A stretch of 60,901 nucleotides of DNA from Caldisericota bacterium (GCA_029553255.1 JAKPCM010000072.1:1-60901), one strand, 5' to 3'; positions 7,001-17,782 are shown, counted from the stretch's first letter. Numbers and translations: made by a program. Notes: generated by a model not told the origin, from the sequence alone.

Positions 7001-9421
7001 ATGAAAAAATTTTTCTCTTTAGCCTTGATTATCATACTATTAATGAGTTTTAAAATTGTTTTTAGTAATGAAATTATGTGGAATACATATCGTGGAAATA
7101 CACAAAGATGGGGGTATTCTGATTCTCTTTTTTCACCTCCATTAATGGAAGCATTTAGATATACCGGTAATGCAAATTTTTCTTCACCAATTTTTTCAAA
7201 CGGAAAAATCTTTGTTGGATCTGGAGATAAAAATTTATATTGCTTTGATTCTGAAACTGGTGATGTATTATGGACTTATGAAACAGATGGAGCAATAATA
7301 GGTGCTCCAACTTATGATAATGGAAAAATTTATTTTGGATGTATTGATGGCTATTTTTTCTGTTTAGATGAAAATAACCCTCAAAAATATTTTTGGAGAT
7401 ATATTACATATTCAAAAATATATGTTGCACCTCTTATTGTAGGAAATATTGTATATTTTGGTGCTGATAATGGACTTGTTTATGCTTTTGATAAAATAAC
7501 AGGTAAAGAAGTATGGAACACTCCATTTTCAACAAACAATAAAATAAATTCAGCAATTTCTGGTGATGATTCATCAATATTTTTCATTTCTCAGGATGGA
7601 TATCTTTATGCTGTTCATCCATTAACAGGTGCTCTTTTATGGAAAAAAACAGTTGGTCCTAATGTTAAGTCAACACCAATTATAAAGGAAAATTATGTTT
7701 ATGTTTTAAATAGTTCTGGACAACTACTCGTAATAAATAGAACAACTAAAAATCAGGACTGGTATTATTCATTAAGTCAGGATACTACTACAACTCCTGC
7801 AATTTCTGGTGATTTAGCAATAATTCTCGGAAGGAATGGAAAACTTGCCTGCATTGATTTAAGAACTGGTAAAGCAAGATGGGAAAGAAATTTACCAGGG
7901 CAATTTGATACTTCTCCTGTCGTAACTGATAAATATATATTTATAGGAGATAATGCATCAACTTTATATATGCTTTCAATCGATAAAAATGGCTCAACAT
8001 CTTGGTATGAAAAGTTTGAAAAAGGATTTTTTAACGATTTCCTAATTCAAGATAACAAACTTTTTACTGTTGGATTAGATTCTTCTTTAAGATGTTTTGT
8101 ATCACAACCTCCACCATCATTAAAAGTTGAACCAATTACTTTAGATTTTGGAGAGGTTGAAGTTAATTCACAAAAAATATTAAGTTTAAATATAAAAAAT
8201 GTTGGAGGAGGAACACTAACAGGGACTCTTGAGTCTTCTGTTTATTGGATAAAAATATTTCCAACAGAATTTTCAGGTAATGATGTCGTTATAAATGTTA
8301 CTGTTGATACTAATGGATTTGAAATGGAAAAAAGTTACCAAGGCAAGATAACAATAAAATCTAATGGTGGTAATCAAGAAGTTGCTGTTGTACTAAAAAC
8401 TGCAAGTTTACCTGCAAAACTATCTGTCACACCTAAGATACTTGATTATGGAAATATAAATAGAGGCAACAAAAAAACCATACAGATAGCCATTAAAAAT
8501 TTAGGGGGTGGAAAACTTTTTGGCACTTTATCAACCAATGTCAATTGGATAGAATTTGAAACAACAAATTTTGAAGGAAATAGCCTATTAATTAATGTAA
8601 CTTTAAACGCTTCCAATCTCACTTCAGGTCAAAAATATAAAGGTTTTATTTATGTTGAATCAAATGGAGGTAAAGAAACTGTAGAAATAAACATAAATGT
8701 AGTTGAACCTAATCCTGAAATTTATGTTGATACAAACACATTAAATTTTGGAGAGGTTAAAAAAGGGGATTCAGTAAGTAAAATGTTTGTTATTTCAAAT
8801 AAAGGAGGAGGGCTTTTAACTGGAACTATCTCAGTATCTCAATCTTGGATAATTTTAAGTGAAAAAACATTTTCAGGAAATGAAGTTAGAATTCAGGTAA
8901 CAATAAACAGTTCTAATTTAAGAGAAAATGAAATTTCATATGGGAAAATTGAAATAAGCTCTAATGGCGGAGCTTATACAATTGAAGTATATGTGAAGGT
9001 ATTACTAAAAGAAGAAAAACCTCAAAAAATTGTTATTGTTCTACAGATTGGAAATAAAACTATGTATGTAAATAATGTTCCTCAGCAGATTGATGTTCCA
9101 CCGACTATTATTGAGGGAAGAACTCTTTTACCTATAAGATATGTTGTTGAACCACTTGGAGCAAAAATTTTCTGGGATGATGTAGAAAGAAGAGTCACTA
9201 TTGAATTTAAGGATATAACTATTGATTTATGGATAGGGAAAAGTATTGCTAAAGTTAATGGAAAAGATAGGGCAATTGATCCAAGTAATCCAAAAGTTGT
9301 ACCACTTATTATTTCAGGAAGAACTATGCTTCCTGTTAGATTTGTCGCTGAAAATTTAGGATGTGATGTTGAATGGGATCCTGATACAAGAAAGGTTACG
9401 ATAACCTATCCAAAAGATTAA
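7001..9421 (+). CDS. Secreted PQQ-like beta-propeller protein with three beta-sandwich repeats and a C-terminal copper-amine-oxidase-N-like domain
   Basis: Start at MKKFFSLALIIILL (ATG 7001) after AGGAG. Repeated 'G.(I/V)Y.G..dG.lya.d..tG...W' blades. Three ~98-aa repeats. The tail (GRTLLPIRYVVEPLGAKIFWD ... GRTMLPVRFVAENLGCDVEWD) matches the Cu_amine_oxidN1 pattern. Confidence 0.7.
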   Translation: MKKFFSLALIIILLMSFKIVFSNEIMWNTYRGNTQRWGYSDSLFSPPLMEAFRYTGNANFSSPIFSNGKIFVGSGDKNLYCFDSETGDVLWTYETDGAIIGAPTYDNGKIYFGCIDGYFFCLDENNPQKYFWRYITYSKIYVAPLIVGNIVYFGADNGLVYAFDKITGKEVWNTPFSTNNKINSAISGDDSSIFFISQDGYLYAVHPLTGALLWKKTVGPNVKSTPIIKENYVYVLNSSGQLLVINRTTKNQDWYYSLSQDTTTTPAISGDLAIILGRNGKLACIDLRTGKARWERNLPGQFDTSPVVTDKYIFIGDNASTLYMLSIDKNGSTSWYEKFEKGFFNDFLIQDNKLFTVGLDSSLRCFVSQPPPSLKVEPITLDFGEVEVNSQKILSLNIKNVGGGTLTGTLESSVYWIKIFPTEFSGNDVVINVTVDTNGFEMEKSYQGKITIKSNGGNQEVAVVLKTASLPAKLSVTPKILDYGNINRGNKKTIQIAIKNLGGGKLFGTLSTNVNWIEFETTNFEGNSLLINVTLNASNLTSGQKYKGFIYVESNGGKETVEININVVEPNPEIYVDTNTLNFGEVKKGDSVSKMFVISNKGGGLLTGTISVSQSWIILSEKTFSGNEVRIQVTINSSNLRENEISYGKIEISSNGGAYTIEVYVKVLLKEEKPQKIVIVLQIGNKTMYVNNVPQQIDVPPTIIEGRTLLPIRYVVEPLGAKIFWDDVERRVTIEFKDITIDLWIGKSIAKVNGKDRAIDPSNPKVVPLIISGRTMLPVRFVAENLGCDVEWDPDTRKVTITYPKD
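8113..9003 (+). repeat. Three in-frame tandem domain repeats (~295 nt each)
   Basis: LDFGEVEVNSQ...NVGGGTLTGTL..W / LDYGNINRGNK...NLGGGKLFGTL..W / LNFGEVKKGDS...NKGGGLLTGTI..W, each ending ..SNGG....V. Confidence 0.65.
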
Positions 9422-10644
9422 ATAGTTCCTTTTTCACAAATATCTTTATATATGTAAGCACTTTTTCTTATTTTTCTTTCAAGTGTCTTAAAATCTACTT
9501 CATATAGACCAAATTTCATAGAATATCCTTCCACCCATTCAAAATTGTCCATTAAAGACCAGTAAAAATATCCAGCAACATCTAAACCCTCTTTTTTTGC
9601 TTTTTTTATCTCTTCTATACTTTTTGTTATAAATTCTCCTCTTAATTTATCCTCTTTATCAGCAATTCCATTTTCAGTAATTATTATTTTTTTATTATAT
9701 TTTTTTAAATTTGATAATATTTCGTAAATACCTTCTGGATAATATTCATAACCAAAATCAGTTAATATGGCATCTTTTCTTTTTTTCTCGTTATACAATT
9801 TGAAAGGATGGAATTCAACAAAAGCTCTTGTGTAATAATTAACTCCTATATAATCAATTGAATCTTTTAAATCTGAATAAAATTCATTATTTCCGACAGG
9901 TCTTTTTATATAACCAGATGTAAGAGCATCAAGAAAAAGATCATTATAAATAGATGAAACTTTATTAACGAGGAGTTTATCCATAAAAAAATTTCTATAA
10001 GGACAAAATAACATCATATTATGAGCAATTGATACCAATGAATCACTCCTGTTCTCTTTTATGATAATATTTGCATACATATGAGAAAGTATCAAGTTCT
10101 TTATTACTTTTAATCCCTTTTTTAGATTTTTTTCACCAGGAGGCCACCATCCAAAAAAATAACCAAGAAGAGCTAAAACAACTGGCTCATTAATTGTAAC
10201 CCAATATTTAACATAATCCTTAAAATATGGAACAACTTTATTTACAAATCTTTTAAAATAATCTATTGATTCAGGATTTAAAAATCCTCCTTTTTCTTTT
10301 AACCAGATTGGAATTGTAAAATGATGTAATGTTAAAAGAGGCTCAATGTTGAGTTTTTTAAGCTCTTTTAACATATCAACATAATGTTCTATCTCCTTTT
10401 CATCAAATTTACCATCTTCTTTTTCTATTCTACTCCACTCGATTGAGAATCTATAAGCATTGTTGTTTAAAAATTTAATCAATTTAAAATCTTCTTTATA
10501 AAGATGGTAATGATCGCAGGCTGGATGTGAAGAATCATTTGTCTTAATCTTTCCCATTTTCTCCCACTCCCACCAATCATTATAGAAGTTTCCTCCTTCA
10601 ACCTGATGACTGCTTGTTGCAACTCCCCATAAGAAATTATCCAT
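9418..10644 (-). CDS. Glycoside hydrolase family 1 beta-glycosidase (short form, 408 aa)
   Basis: WGVATSSHQVEG N-terminus. Acid/base TINEP and nucleophile ITENG motifs. Confidence 0.85.
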   Translation of the reverse strand: MDNFLWGVATSSHQVEGGNFYNDWWEWEKMGKIKTNDSSHPACDHYHLYKEDFKLIKFLNNNAYRFSIEWSRIEKEDGKFDEKEIEHYVDMLKELKKLNIEPLLTLHHFTIPIWLKEKGGFLNPESIDYFKRFVNKVVPYFKDYVKYWVTINEPVVLALLGYFFGWWPPGEKNLKKGLKVIKNLILSHMYANIIIKENRSDSLVSIAHNMMLFCPYRNFFMDKLLVNKVSSIYNDLFLDALTSGYIKRPVGNNEFYSDLKDSIDYIGVNYYTRAFVEFHPFKLYNEKKRKDAILTDFGYEYYPEGIYEILSNLKKYNKKIIITENGIADKEDKLRGEFITKSIEEIKKAKKEGLDVAGYFYWSLMDNFEWVEGYSMKFGLYEVDFKTLERKIRKSAYIYKDICEKGTI

Positions 10645-11565
10645 TCAAACCTCCTTTATATAGATATTTTTTAAAATATCGTAAAAAATATTAAAATTGA
10701 CTCTTCCTCCTTCATATAAGGTCACATTACTAATTGATGCTGATAATCCATATTTTAATGAATCCAAAAAACTCATTCCCTCTGTTATTCCAAATACAAA
10801 TCCTCCCATAAAAGAGTCTCCAGCACCAACAGGATTTACAACATTCACATTAAAATCAGAATATATATGATATATTTTATTATCTAAAATAAAAAGTGCT
10901 CCTTTTTCTCCCAATGTTATACATATTGATTTAATTTTATATTTACTTTTAATATCTCTTAGATTATTAATAATTTCACTTCTTTCAATATTAAATGTAT
11001 TTGAGAATTCATCTTCATTCAGTTTTAGAAAAAATGTATCGCTTGATTCAAGAAATTTAATTAAAAATTCGCCTTTTATGTCAAGAAATATTTTTTTATT
11101 TCGAATAATTGAAATTAAATTGTTGAAAAAATTGAAATCAAGTCCTTTTGGAATGCTTCCTGAGATGATTATATAATTAAACTGTTCAATTCTTTTATTA
11201 ATTAAATCTAATAAACCATTACCTTCTTCCTTACTAATTTCAGGACCAACTTCATAAATTTCAATTACATTATTATTTTTATCAACTACTATATTGCAAA
11301 CTCTGTTTTCTTTATTAATCTCATGAAGCAGGGGATAGATATGCTCTTTTATTAAACCATCTTCTATAAATTTACCATTATACCCGCCTTTAAAACCAGA
11401 CACAGTTACCGTTCTATTGAAAGATCTTAAACATCTTGCAACATTAACTCCTTTGCCTCCAGGTAGAGAAGAAACAACACTTACTCTATTCTCTTTATGA
11501 AGAGAAAATTCATCAACTAATAAAACTTTATCAATTGCAAGATTTAAATTAATCGATAAAATCAT
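10645..11565 (-). CDS. PfkB-family sugar-phosphate kinase (1-phosphofructokinase / tagatose-6-P kinase type)
   Basis: N-terminal LNLAIDK...PGGKGVNVA and C-terminal NPVGAGDSF motifs. 306 aa. Confidence 0.8.
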   Translation of the reverse strand: MILSINLNLAIDKVLLVDEFSLHKENRVSVVSSLPGGKGVNVARCLRSFNRTVTVSGFKGGYNGKFIEDGLIKEHIYPLLHEINKENRVCNIVVDKNNNVIEIYEVGPEISKEEGNGLLDLINKRIEQFNYIIISGSIPKGLDFNFFNNLISIIRNKKIFLDIKGEFLIKFLESSDTFFLKLNEDEFSNTFNIERSEIINNLRDIKSKYKIKSICITLGEKGALFILDNKIYHIYSDFNVNVVNPVGAGDSFMGGFVFGITEGMSFLDSLKYGLSASISNVTLYEGGRVNFNIFYDILKNIYIKEV

Positions 11566-13214
11566 TTTTGAATAAAAACTCTTGATTCATGCGGATATAT
11601 AAAATTATCATCTCTTTTATTAAGAATTTCTTCTCCCTTAATATCAATTTTATTTTTTTTATCACTCAAATTAACATAAAGATTGACGATTTTATTCTCA
11701 AAAGAAATTTTATATTCAAATAGATAGTCATTAAATTTAAAATCAGTTATGTAATAATTTTTTATCTCTTTTAATTTCAACAGAAGTGAGAAATCATTAT
11801 CACTCAGATTGTATAGAGGATCAGAGAAAAAAATTACATTAGATAGAAAGTAATCGATTATTAGAATTGAATCTCTTTCAAAACTATTCAATTTTTTGGG
11901 TTTAATAAATACTACATCTGGATCAGAGAGGAAAAATTTGGGTGTTGAAATTGTCCTAAAAAGTGTATTTCTTAAGGAATTAAATGCTTCTACATTTTCA
12001 GAAAAACCGATTAATCTTGTGAAATAATCTTTCCAGCCATCTTTTGTATCAGGTCCGATTCTTAAAATATCATAAACTCCATCCATTAAGATGTATGGAG
12101 CTCCACAACCAAGAATCTTTGAATCCTTTAATTCCTTTTTTATTTTTTTCATAACAAAGATGTATCTTTCATAAATTGATTCATCAATTTTTTTAGTTAT
12201 ATATGAGTTGAAAAAGGCATACAAAAAATCAAGTTTGAATAGCTCGAAACCCTTTTCTTTCAATAGAATCAATTTTTCTAAAACATAGTCAATAGAATCA
12301 TCTCTATTCATATCAAGTGCATAAAAATATCCACCCCATAAAGGATTAAAACCAACAGGAACAGGATTTCCATTTTTATTTTTTAAAATAAGTGGACTTT
12401 TTTCTTTAAATATCTTTGAAGATTTTTCAACAACAAATGGGGCAACCCATATCCCTGGTTTTACATTTTTATCTTTTATTTTTTCACCGATCTCTTTAAG
12501 AGAATTTTTAAATTTAGGTTTTTCATTCCAATCACCAATAGAATCCTCCCAACCGTCATCAATCTGAAAATAATCAATATTTATAGGTAACTTATCAATA
12601 TAATCTATGTTTTTTATTATTTTTTCTTTATCAATATTTCTATAGTAGTAATACCAAGATGTCCAACCATAAATTTTTTGATTGAAATCACCATTCAAAA
12701 TTGGATTATTACTCTCTTTTGTTAGTATTTCAGGAAGACTTACTTCACCATAAACTTCTTTTTCAATTTCCAAATTTATTCTTAAAAGGTTATATTTTAA
12801 ATAGAAATAGGTAAAAACAGATGAGTTTTCGGGATAAAAAATCAGGTATTTATTATTTTTCAAATAAGTTAAAAAGTAACTACATCTTTCATCTGGGTTT
12901 GTTGGATTTAAATAGTGAAACTTTAACTCCTTTATAGGTGGATTTCTAAATTTTTTATATTGTTCTATCAAATAAGATGAAGACCAAGAACTAAAACCAT
13001 TTCTAAAAATTTTAATATTTTTAGGTTCTAATATTTCATATTCAATCACAATTTTTTTTAAATATTTCTTATGTTTTAAAAAAAGATTTAGTTTTATTTT
13101 TTCATCTTCAATCTTGTAATTAAAATCTTCATTATCACCTTTTTTCTCTTTAAATTCTAAAATTCCATTATAATAAAATAAAATTTTATTAAATCTTAAC
13201 TGAAATTCATTCAT
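11562..13214 (-). CDS. Alpha-galactosidase-like glycoside hydrolase (GH36, Thermotoga GalA-like size class)
   Basis: GWTSWYYYY...DYFQIDDGWE...PGIWVAPF...FKLDFLY pattern of clan GH-D melibiases. 550 aa. Confidence 0.65.
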   Translation of the reverse strand: MNEFQLRFNKILFYYNGILEFKEKKGDNEDFNYKIEDEKIKLNLFLKHKKYLKKIVIEYEILEPKNIKIFRNGFSSWSSSYLIEQYKKFRNPPIKELKFHYLNPTNPDERCSYFLTYLKNNKYLIFYPENSSVFTYFYLKYNLLRINLEIEKEVYGEVSLPEILTKESNNPILNGDFNQKIYGWTSWYYYYRNIDKEKIIKNIDYIDKLPINIDYFQIDDGWEDSIGDWNEKPKFKNSLKEIGEKIKDKNVKPGIWVAPFVVEKSSKIFKEKSPLILKNKNGNPVPVGFNPLWGGYFYALDMNRDDSIDYVLEKLILLKEKGFELFKLDFLYAFFNSYITKKIDESIYERYIFVMKKIKKELKDSKILGCGAPYILMDGVYDILRIGPDTKDGWKDYFTRLIGFSENVEAFNSLRNTLFRTISTPKFFLSDPDVVFIKPKKLNSFERDSILIIDYFLSNVIFFSDPLYNLSDNDFSLLLKLKEIKNYYITDFKFNDYLFEYKISFENKIVNLYVNLSDKKNKIDIKGEEILNKRDDNFIYPHESRVFIQK

Positions 13215-14556
13215 TTTTTTCCATTGATTCTCTTACTTTTGCCATTTTTTCTCTTATTTTTTCAGCATCTTTATTTATAAATAATGAGACAACAAAGAAT
13301 AAAATTCCACAGGGAATCCAGAAAAGAGCTGAAATTTTCATTGAAAAATCAAGATCTCTTATTGATGATAATAAACCCCCAATAAATGGACCAAAACCTG
13401 CACCAATAGAATCTGTTAAATTAAAGATTGAAGAGATTGCTCCTCTGTGTTCGGGAAGGTTTACATTCATCAACATTGCTTTAACATTTGGTCCAGCAAA
13501 TGAGATAAAAAAAGCACCTAAAAATCCAAATATGCTTGGTGGTAATACATCTATAAATGTTGGATTAACTTTTCCTGGCCAATAGAGAGTCACCATAACT
13601 GGTATAACTCCAATTAATTGGGATAAACCACAAAAAATTGGAAGATAACTTCTCTTCTTTAAATAAAGTTTGTTACCAACAATTCCACCAACAAATTTAC
13701 CAAAAATTGTTCCAATTCCAAGAATGATCAAAAGAACAGTTCCTAATTGAATTGGATAGTTTTTATGTCTAAAATAGAAAGTTATTAAATAGTAGGGAAT
13801 TATTCCCCACGCCACAGTTCCAGGTATTCCTTGAATAAATAACCATATATTAGAGGGAATTTTTAGAAGTTCGATATAATCTTTTAATTTTACACTACCT
13901 TTATATTTAGCGCCTTTGATTATAAGTTCTCTAATTTCTTGTTCACCAGCACCTCTTTCTGGCTCTTTTCCCCATATTATTATTCCTAAAATAAAGAAAA
14001 AGTTAGGAACAGAAACTATAATAAATGGTAACCTCCATCCATAAATTGGAGCAAGAAATCCTGCAACAACCATTCCAACTATAACTCCAATTGCAATTAT
14101 TGCATCATACCATGCCTGAGCTCTTGCTCTTTGCTTTTCTGTAAAAAGATCACCAATAATTGAAAAAACAGCTGGAACTGTTCCTCCTATTCCAATACCT
14201 GTTAAAATCCTTAATATTAGAAGTTGTTGATAATTTTTAGCAAAAGCTGTCAACAAGCAGGGTATTTCTCCTAAAAGAACAGCAATAATCAATAACCATT
14301 TTCTTGAAAATTTATCAGTTAAATATCCCCATAAAAGAGTAACTACTGCAGCAACAAGTGTAAAAGCTGAACCTACAATTCCTATTTCCCTATCTCCAAT
14401 TTTAAACTCATCTTCAATAAATTGTATACTTGGAGACATTACATTCTGATCTGCGTTTAAAATTATTCCTGTGAAGAAAAGAATAACAAATAAAAAAAGA
14501 ACTCCCTTTTTAAAACTGTAAACCTCATCAAGACCGATTAATTGAAAAAATTTCAT
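13207..14556 (-). CDS. MFS transporter
   Basis: About 12 TM helices. The GYLTDKFSRKW loop matches the MFS D-R/K-x-G-R motif region. Confidence 0.8.
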   Translation of the reverse strand: MKFFQLIGLDEVYSFKKGVLFLFVILFFTGIILNADQNVMSPSIQFIEDEFKIGDREIGIVGSAFTLVAAVVTLLWGYLTDKFSRKWLLIIAVLLGEIPCLLTAFAKNYQQLLILRILTGIGIGGTVPAVFSIIGDLFTEKQRARAQAWYDAIIAIGVIVGMVVAGFLAPIYGWRLPFIIVSVPNFFFILGIIIWGKEPERGAGEQEIRELIIKGAKYKGSVKLKDYIELLKIPSNIWLFIQGIPGTVAWGIIPYYLITFYFRHKNYPIQLGTVLLIILGIGTIFGKFVGGIVGNKLYLKKRSYLPIFCGLSQLIGVIPVMVTLYWPGKVNPTFIDVLPPSIFGFLGAFFISFAGPNVKAMLMNVNLPEHRGAISSIFNLTDSIGAGFGPFIGGLLSSIRDLDFSMKISALFWIPCGILFFVVSLFINKDAEKIREKMAKVRESMEKNE

Positions 14557-16823
14557 AAAGGCAACCTCCGTTTTAAAATTATTTTTTTACTTCTATCAAA
14601 AATAAGATAATTTTCCTCTTTTCTTTTAAAATTGCCAGATAAAATCTCTTCAATTTCAAATGGTAAATAGATATATATATCCTTTATGTTTTCATTTATT
14701 TCATCTAAAAATTCTATATCAATAATATTCTCTTTTACATTAACTTCAAATGAAATATTTCCAAAATATGTTACACCATTATTAAATAAAATCTTATCTC
14801 CATCTTTAAACCATTCTTTTCTACTTCCAGAGAGAATTACTACCCCATTTTCTTTTTCAAATAAAAGAGAATTTCTAATAAAATGTATTAATTCTGCAAC
14901 AAGCCATCCATGATGACCATCTCCTTCGCAACCACCAAGTGATTTTGGATTTATTGCTTCTGGTCCAGTGTAGGTTTTGGTCAATAAGGAAATCACACTG
15001 TCAAAAAGATTTGTTGCTTCTTTTTCTTTATTTAAATAAAGGAGCGCTTCTGCGATCTCTAAAGTAAGATAAAGATTTATTCCTGAATGTGTGATATTTT
15101 GATAAAAACAGTTATTAACAAAAAATCTTTTTCTTAACTCTTCATAACTATTCATAATTTCGTCTTTTGATAAAAGATCAAGATTGAGCGGAAAAATTGA
15201 TGTAAAGGTTGCGATAATTGATGCATCAATATTTCTACCAAAAGCACCTACACAGATTTTTTTATTTAATCTTTTTTGATCTTTATCTATTGCTTTTCTT
15301 ACATCATTTTTAAACTCCAAATAATATTTTAAAAAATTCTCACTATCATTTTTGTTTCCAATCTCATTCGCTAGAGAAGACGCATCAAGTAAACCTTTCA
15401 AACCAAAATAATCATCGTAGTAATATAGATCATTTGGACCAAAATGTTCTGCGCTAAAACTCGATGGTAGTAATCCATAACTATCAACATATTTTTTTCT
15501 TTTTCTTTCAATCCACTCTGCGCCTTTCTTTATATATGGATAAAATTCATTTAAAAATTCTTTATCTTTTGTATATCTATAATATTCTGCCATTGTAAAT
15601 ATTGCTTGTCCATTTGAATCCCACTCACCAACTTGAGATTGAAAATAACCATCTCTTTTAATTTTTTTCTTAAAATATTCAATTATTTTTTCAGCTCTTT
15701 TAAAATCACCAATTTTCATGAGAGCAGGAATCATATAAGCACTATCTCTAAACCAAAATTTTTTATAAGTTAAAGGACCTGGAGTTATATATTCTGAATT
15801 TATTAAACTTTTAAGATATATTTTATTTGAATTAAAAATTCTGTTTATATTATCATCAGGAACATCTATTATCAATTCATTTTCTCTCTCTTTTTTCATA
15901 AAAAAAATTTTGTCATCTTTTGATTTATCAAAATTTAAATCTATAGAATAATTCTCTTCCTGTGGTAAAAAAAGTTCAAAGTTTTTTTCTTCATTTTCAT
16001 TTAGATTTAATTCATAATATATTCCACCTGTTGATAAACCATACTTTGATGTAATTCTATTTTTTTCATTCACTTTAAAGTCATTAATATCAGTTTCGTC
16101 ATCAAATAGAATAAATTTGTAATCTTTTGTTAAAGGTATAAGAAATGAGGAGGAGTTAGTAAAAACTTTGTTATCTTTAATTTCAATATCAAATATTGGT
16201 ATGAATGATTCTGGATTAAATGGCCTAATTAGGAAGAGAAATCTATAAAGACCAGATTTTTTTGATTTAAAATTATATTTTAAAAATATACCTTTATCTT
16301 TTTCAGAGGAGAATGTTTCAAAATTGTATTCAAAATCTGAGCCATTATAAAAAGTTTTTATAATTCCTGTTAAATCATCAACTGTTTGTTCAATTTTATT
16401 TCTTGAGGGGAAAAAGTATTCATTGTTATATTGGATAAAGATATCAAGAGATGGGAAGTTCTCTTTTGGAGAAATCATTCCTTTTAAATCAATAACACCT
16501 TTCTCATCTGATTCAATTGAACCCAATATTGTCCAGTTTCTATATGTTGTGTTTATTGCAAAAATGTTAGCTCCTCTTGGAATAAAAACATCACTTTTAG
16601 GATTCAATTGCTCTTCTACCCAAAATGGAAAAACCCAATTTGAATTAACCTCAAAAACTCTTGATGTTAATAATCCTTTGATTAACACTTCAAGATTTAA
16701 AGGAATCAGTTCTTTTGGAAATGTTACTTCGCTTTTCTTACCCATATTTAAAATTGATTCAAGGAATGGCTTTAAATTTTGTAATTTAAATACTTTAATT
16801 AAAAATTTTAAAATAGAATTCAT
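14553..16823 (-). CDS. GH15-like (alpha/alpha)6-barrel glycoside hydrolase with N-terminal beta-sandwich
   Basis: 756 aa. YKKFWFRDSAYM and GEWDSNGQAIF resemble GH15 signature regions (Y.W.RD, W..Q.DG). Family call made by eye only. Confidence 0.5.
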   Translation of the reverse strand: MNSILKFLIKVFKLQNLKPFLESILNMGKKSEVTFPKELIPLNLEVLIKGLLTSRVFEVNSNWVFPFWVEEQLNPKSDVFIPRGANIFAINTTYRNWTILGSIESDEKGVIDLKGMISPKENFPSLDIFIQYNNEYFFPSRNKIEQTVDDLTGIIKTFYNGSDFEYNFETFSSEKDKGIFLKYNFKSKKSGLYRFLFLIRPFNPESFIPIFDIEIKDNKVFTNSSSFLIPLTKDYKFILFDDETDINDFKVNEKNRITSKYGLSTGGIYYELNLNENEEKNFELFLPQEENYSIDLNFDKSKDDKIFFMKKERENELIIDVPDDNINRIFNSNKIYLKSLINSEYITPGPLTYKKFWFRDSAYMIPALMKIGDFKRAEKIIEYFKKKIKRDGYFQSQVGEWDSNGQAIFTMAEYYRYTKDKEFLNEFYPYIKKGAEWIERKRKKYVDSYGLLPSSFSAEHFGPNDLYYYDDYFGLKGLLDASSLANEIGNKNDSENFLKYYLEFKNDVRKAIDKDQKRLNKKICVGAFGRNIDASIIATFTSIFPLNLDLLSKDEIMNSYEELRKRFFVNNCFYQNITHSGINLYLTLEIAEALLYLNKEKEATNLFDSVISLLTKTYTGPEAINPKSLGGCEGDGHHGWLVAELIHFIRNSLLFEKENGVVILSGSRKEWFKDGDKILFNNGVTYFGNISFEVNVKENIIDIEFLDEINENIKDIYIYLPFEIEEILSGNFKRKEENYLIFDRSKKIILKRRLPL

Positions 16824-17782
16824 AATTCCTCTCCTTTAATCATTTTTAAACCATAAATTCCAGCACCCATTGATGTTGCCTCAATTTCTAAACCTGCCTT
16901 TACAATTTTAACATTTTCAAAAGGTATTTTTAATGAATATAACATTGCAAAATCGATAATTTTATTAAAAAAATAACCAAGACCTTTTGTCAAACCACCA
17001 CCTATTATTATTTTATCAGGATTGAATATATTGATAAGATAAGATATAACTAAACCAACATATTGAAGTGAGTTTAAAACAGCCTCAACACATAATTCAT
17101 CATTTTCAAAAGCTAAATCCATTATAATAATTGTGTCAATTTTTTGAATATCATTGCCTACTCTATCCAAAATTTTTGTTTTTCTACCCATCTTTATCCC
17201 TTGAATTACATAATCTTTTATACTTCCACCAGATGATAATTTCTCAAAACAACCTCTTTTCCCACAACCACAAAAAATTCCCTCTTCATCAAGAGTTATA
17301 TGTCCAATTTCACCTGCAAGATTGTTCATTCCTCTGATCAATTTATTTTTATAAACTATTGCTCCGCCAATTCCTGTACCTAAAGTTAAAAATATAAAAA
17401 ATGGGGAATTAACTCCTTCTCCAAAAAATAGTTCACCAATAGCTCCCATTTTCACATCATTATCTATAAATGTTGGTATTTTAACACTATCTTCAATTAT
17501 ATTTTTTAGAGGATAATTTTCTAAGAAATTTATATTTGGTGATTTAATAACAACTCCTTTTTTGTAATCTATAAAACCTGCGCATCCAATGCCAATTGAC
17601 TCAACATTAAATCCCTCTTTTATAGAATTTATCATTTTAATCATATCCTCTATTATTCTTTTTTCCTCGTTTGTATTTCCAGTTTTTACAAAACCTTTTT
17701 TAAAAACTTTTCCATCTTCATCAATCAAGTTGAATAGAATTTTTGTTCCACCTATATCAATTCCAATCCCAAAATTACTCAT
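16820..17782 (-). CDS. ROK-family sugar kinase (glucokinase-like, no HTH)
   Basis: GIDIGGTK N-terminus, GTGIGGAIV, and the Zn motif GHITL...CGCGKRGCFE. Confidence 0.85.
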   Translation of the reverse strand: MSNFGIGIDIGGTKILFNLIDEDGKVFKKGFVKTGNTNEEKRIIEDMIKMINSIKEGFNVESIGIGCAGFIDYKKGVVIKSPNINFLENYPLKNIIEDSVKIPTFIDNDVKMGAIGELFFGEGVNSPFFIFLTLGTGIGGAIVYKNKLIRGMNNLAGEIGHITLDEEGIFCGCGKRGCFEKLSSGGSIKDYVIQGIKMGRKTKILDRVGNDIQKIDTIIIMDLAFENDELCVEAVLNSLQYVGLVISYLINIFNPDKIIIGGGLTKGLGYFFNKIIDFAMLYSLKIPFENVKIVKAGLEIEATSMGAGIYGLKMIKGEEL

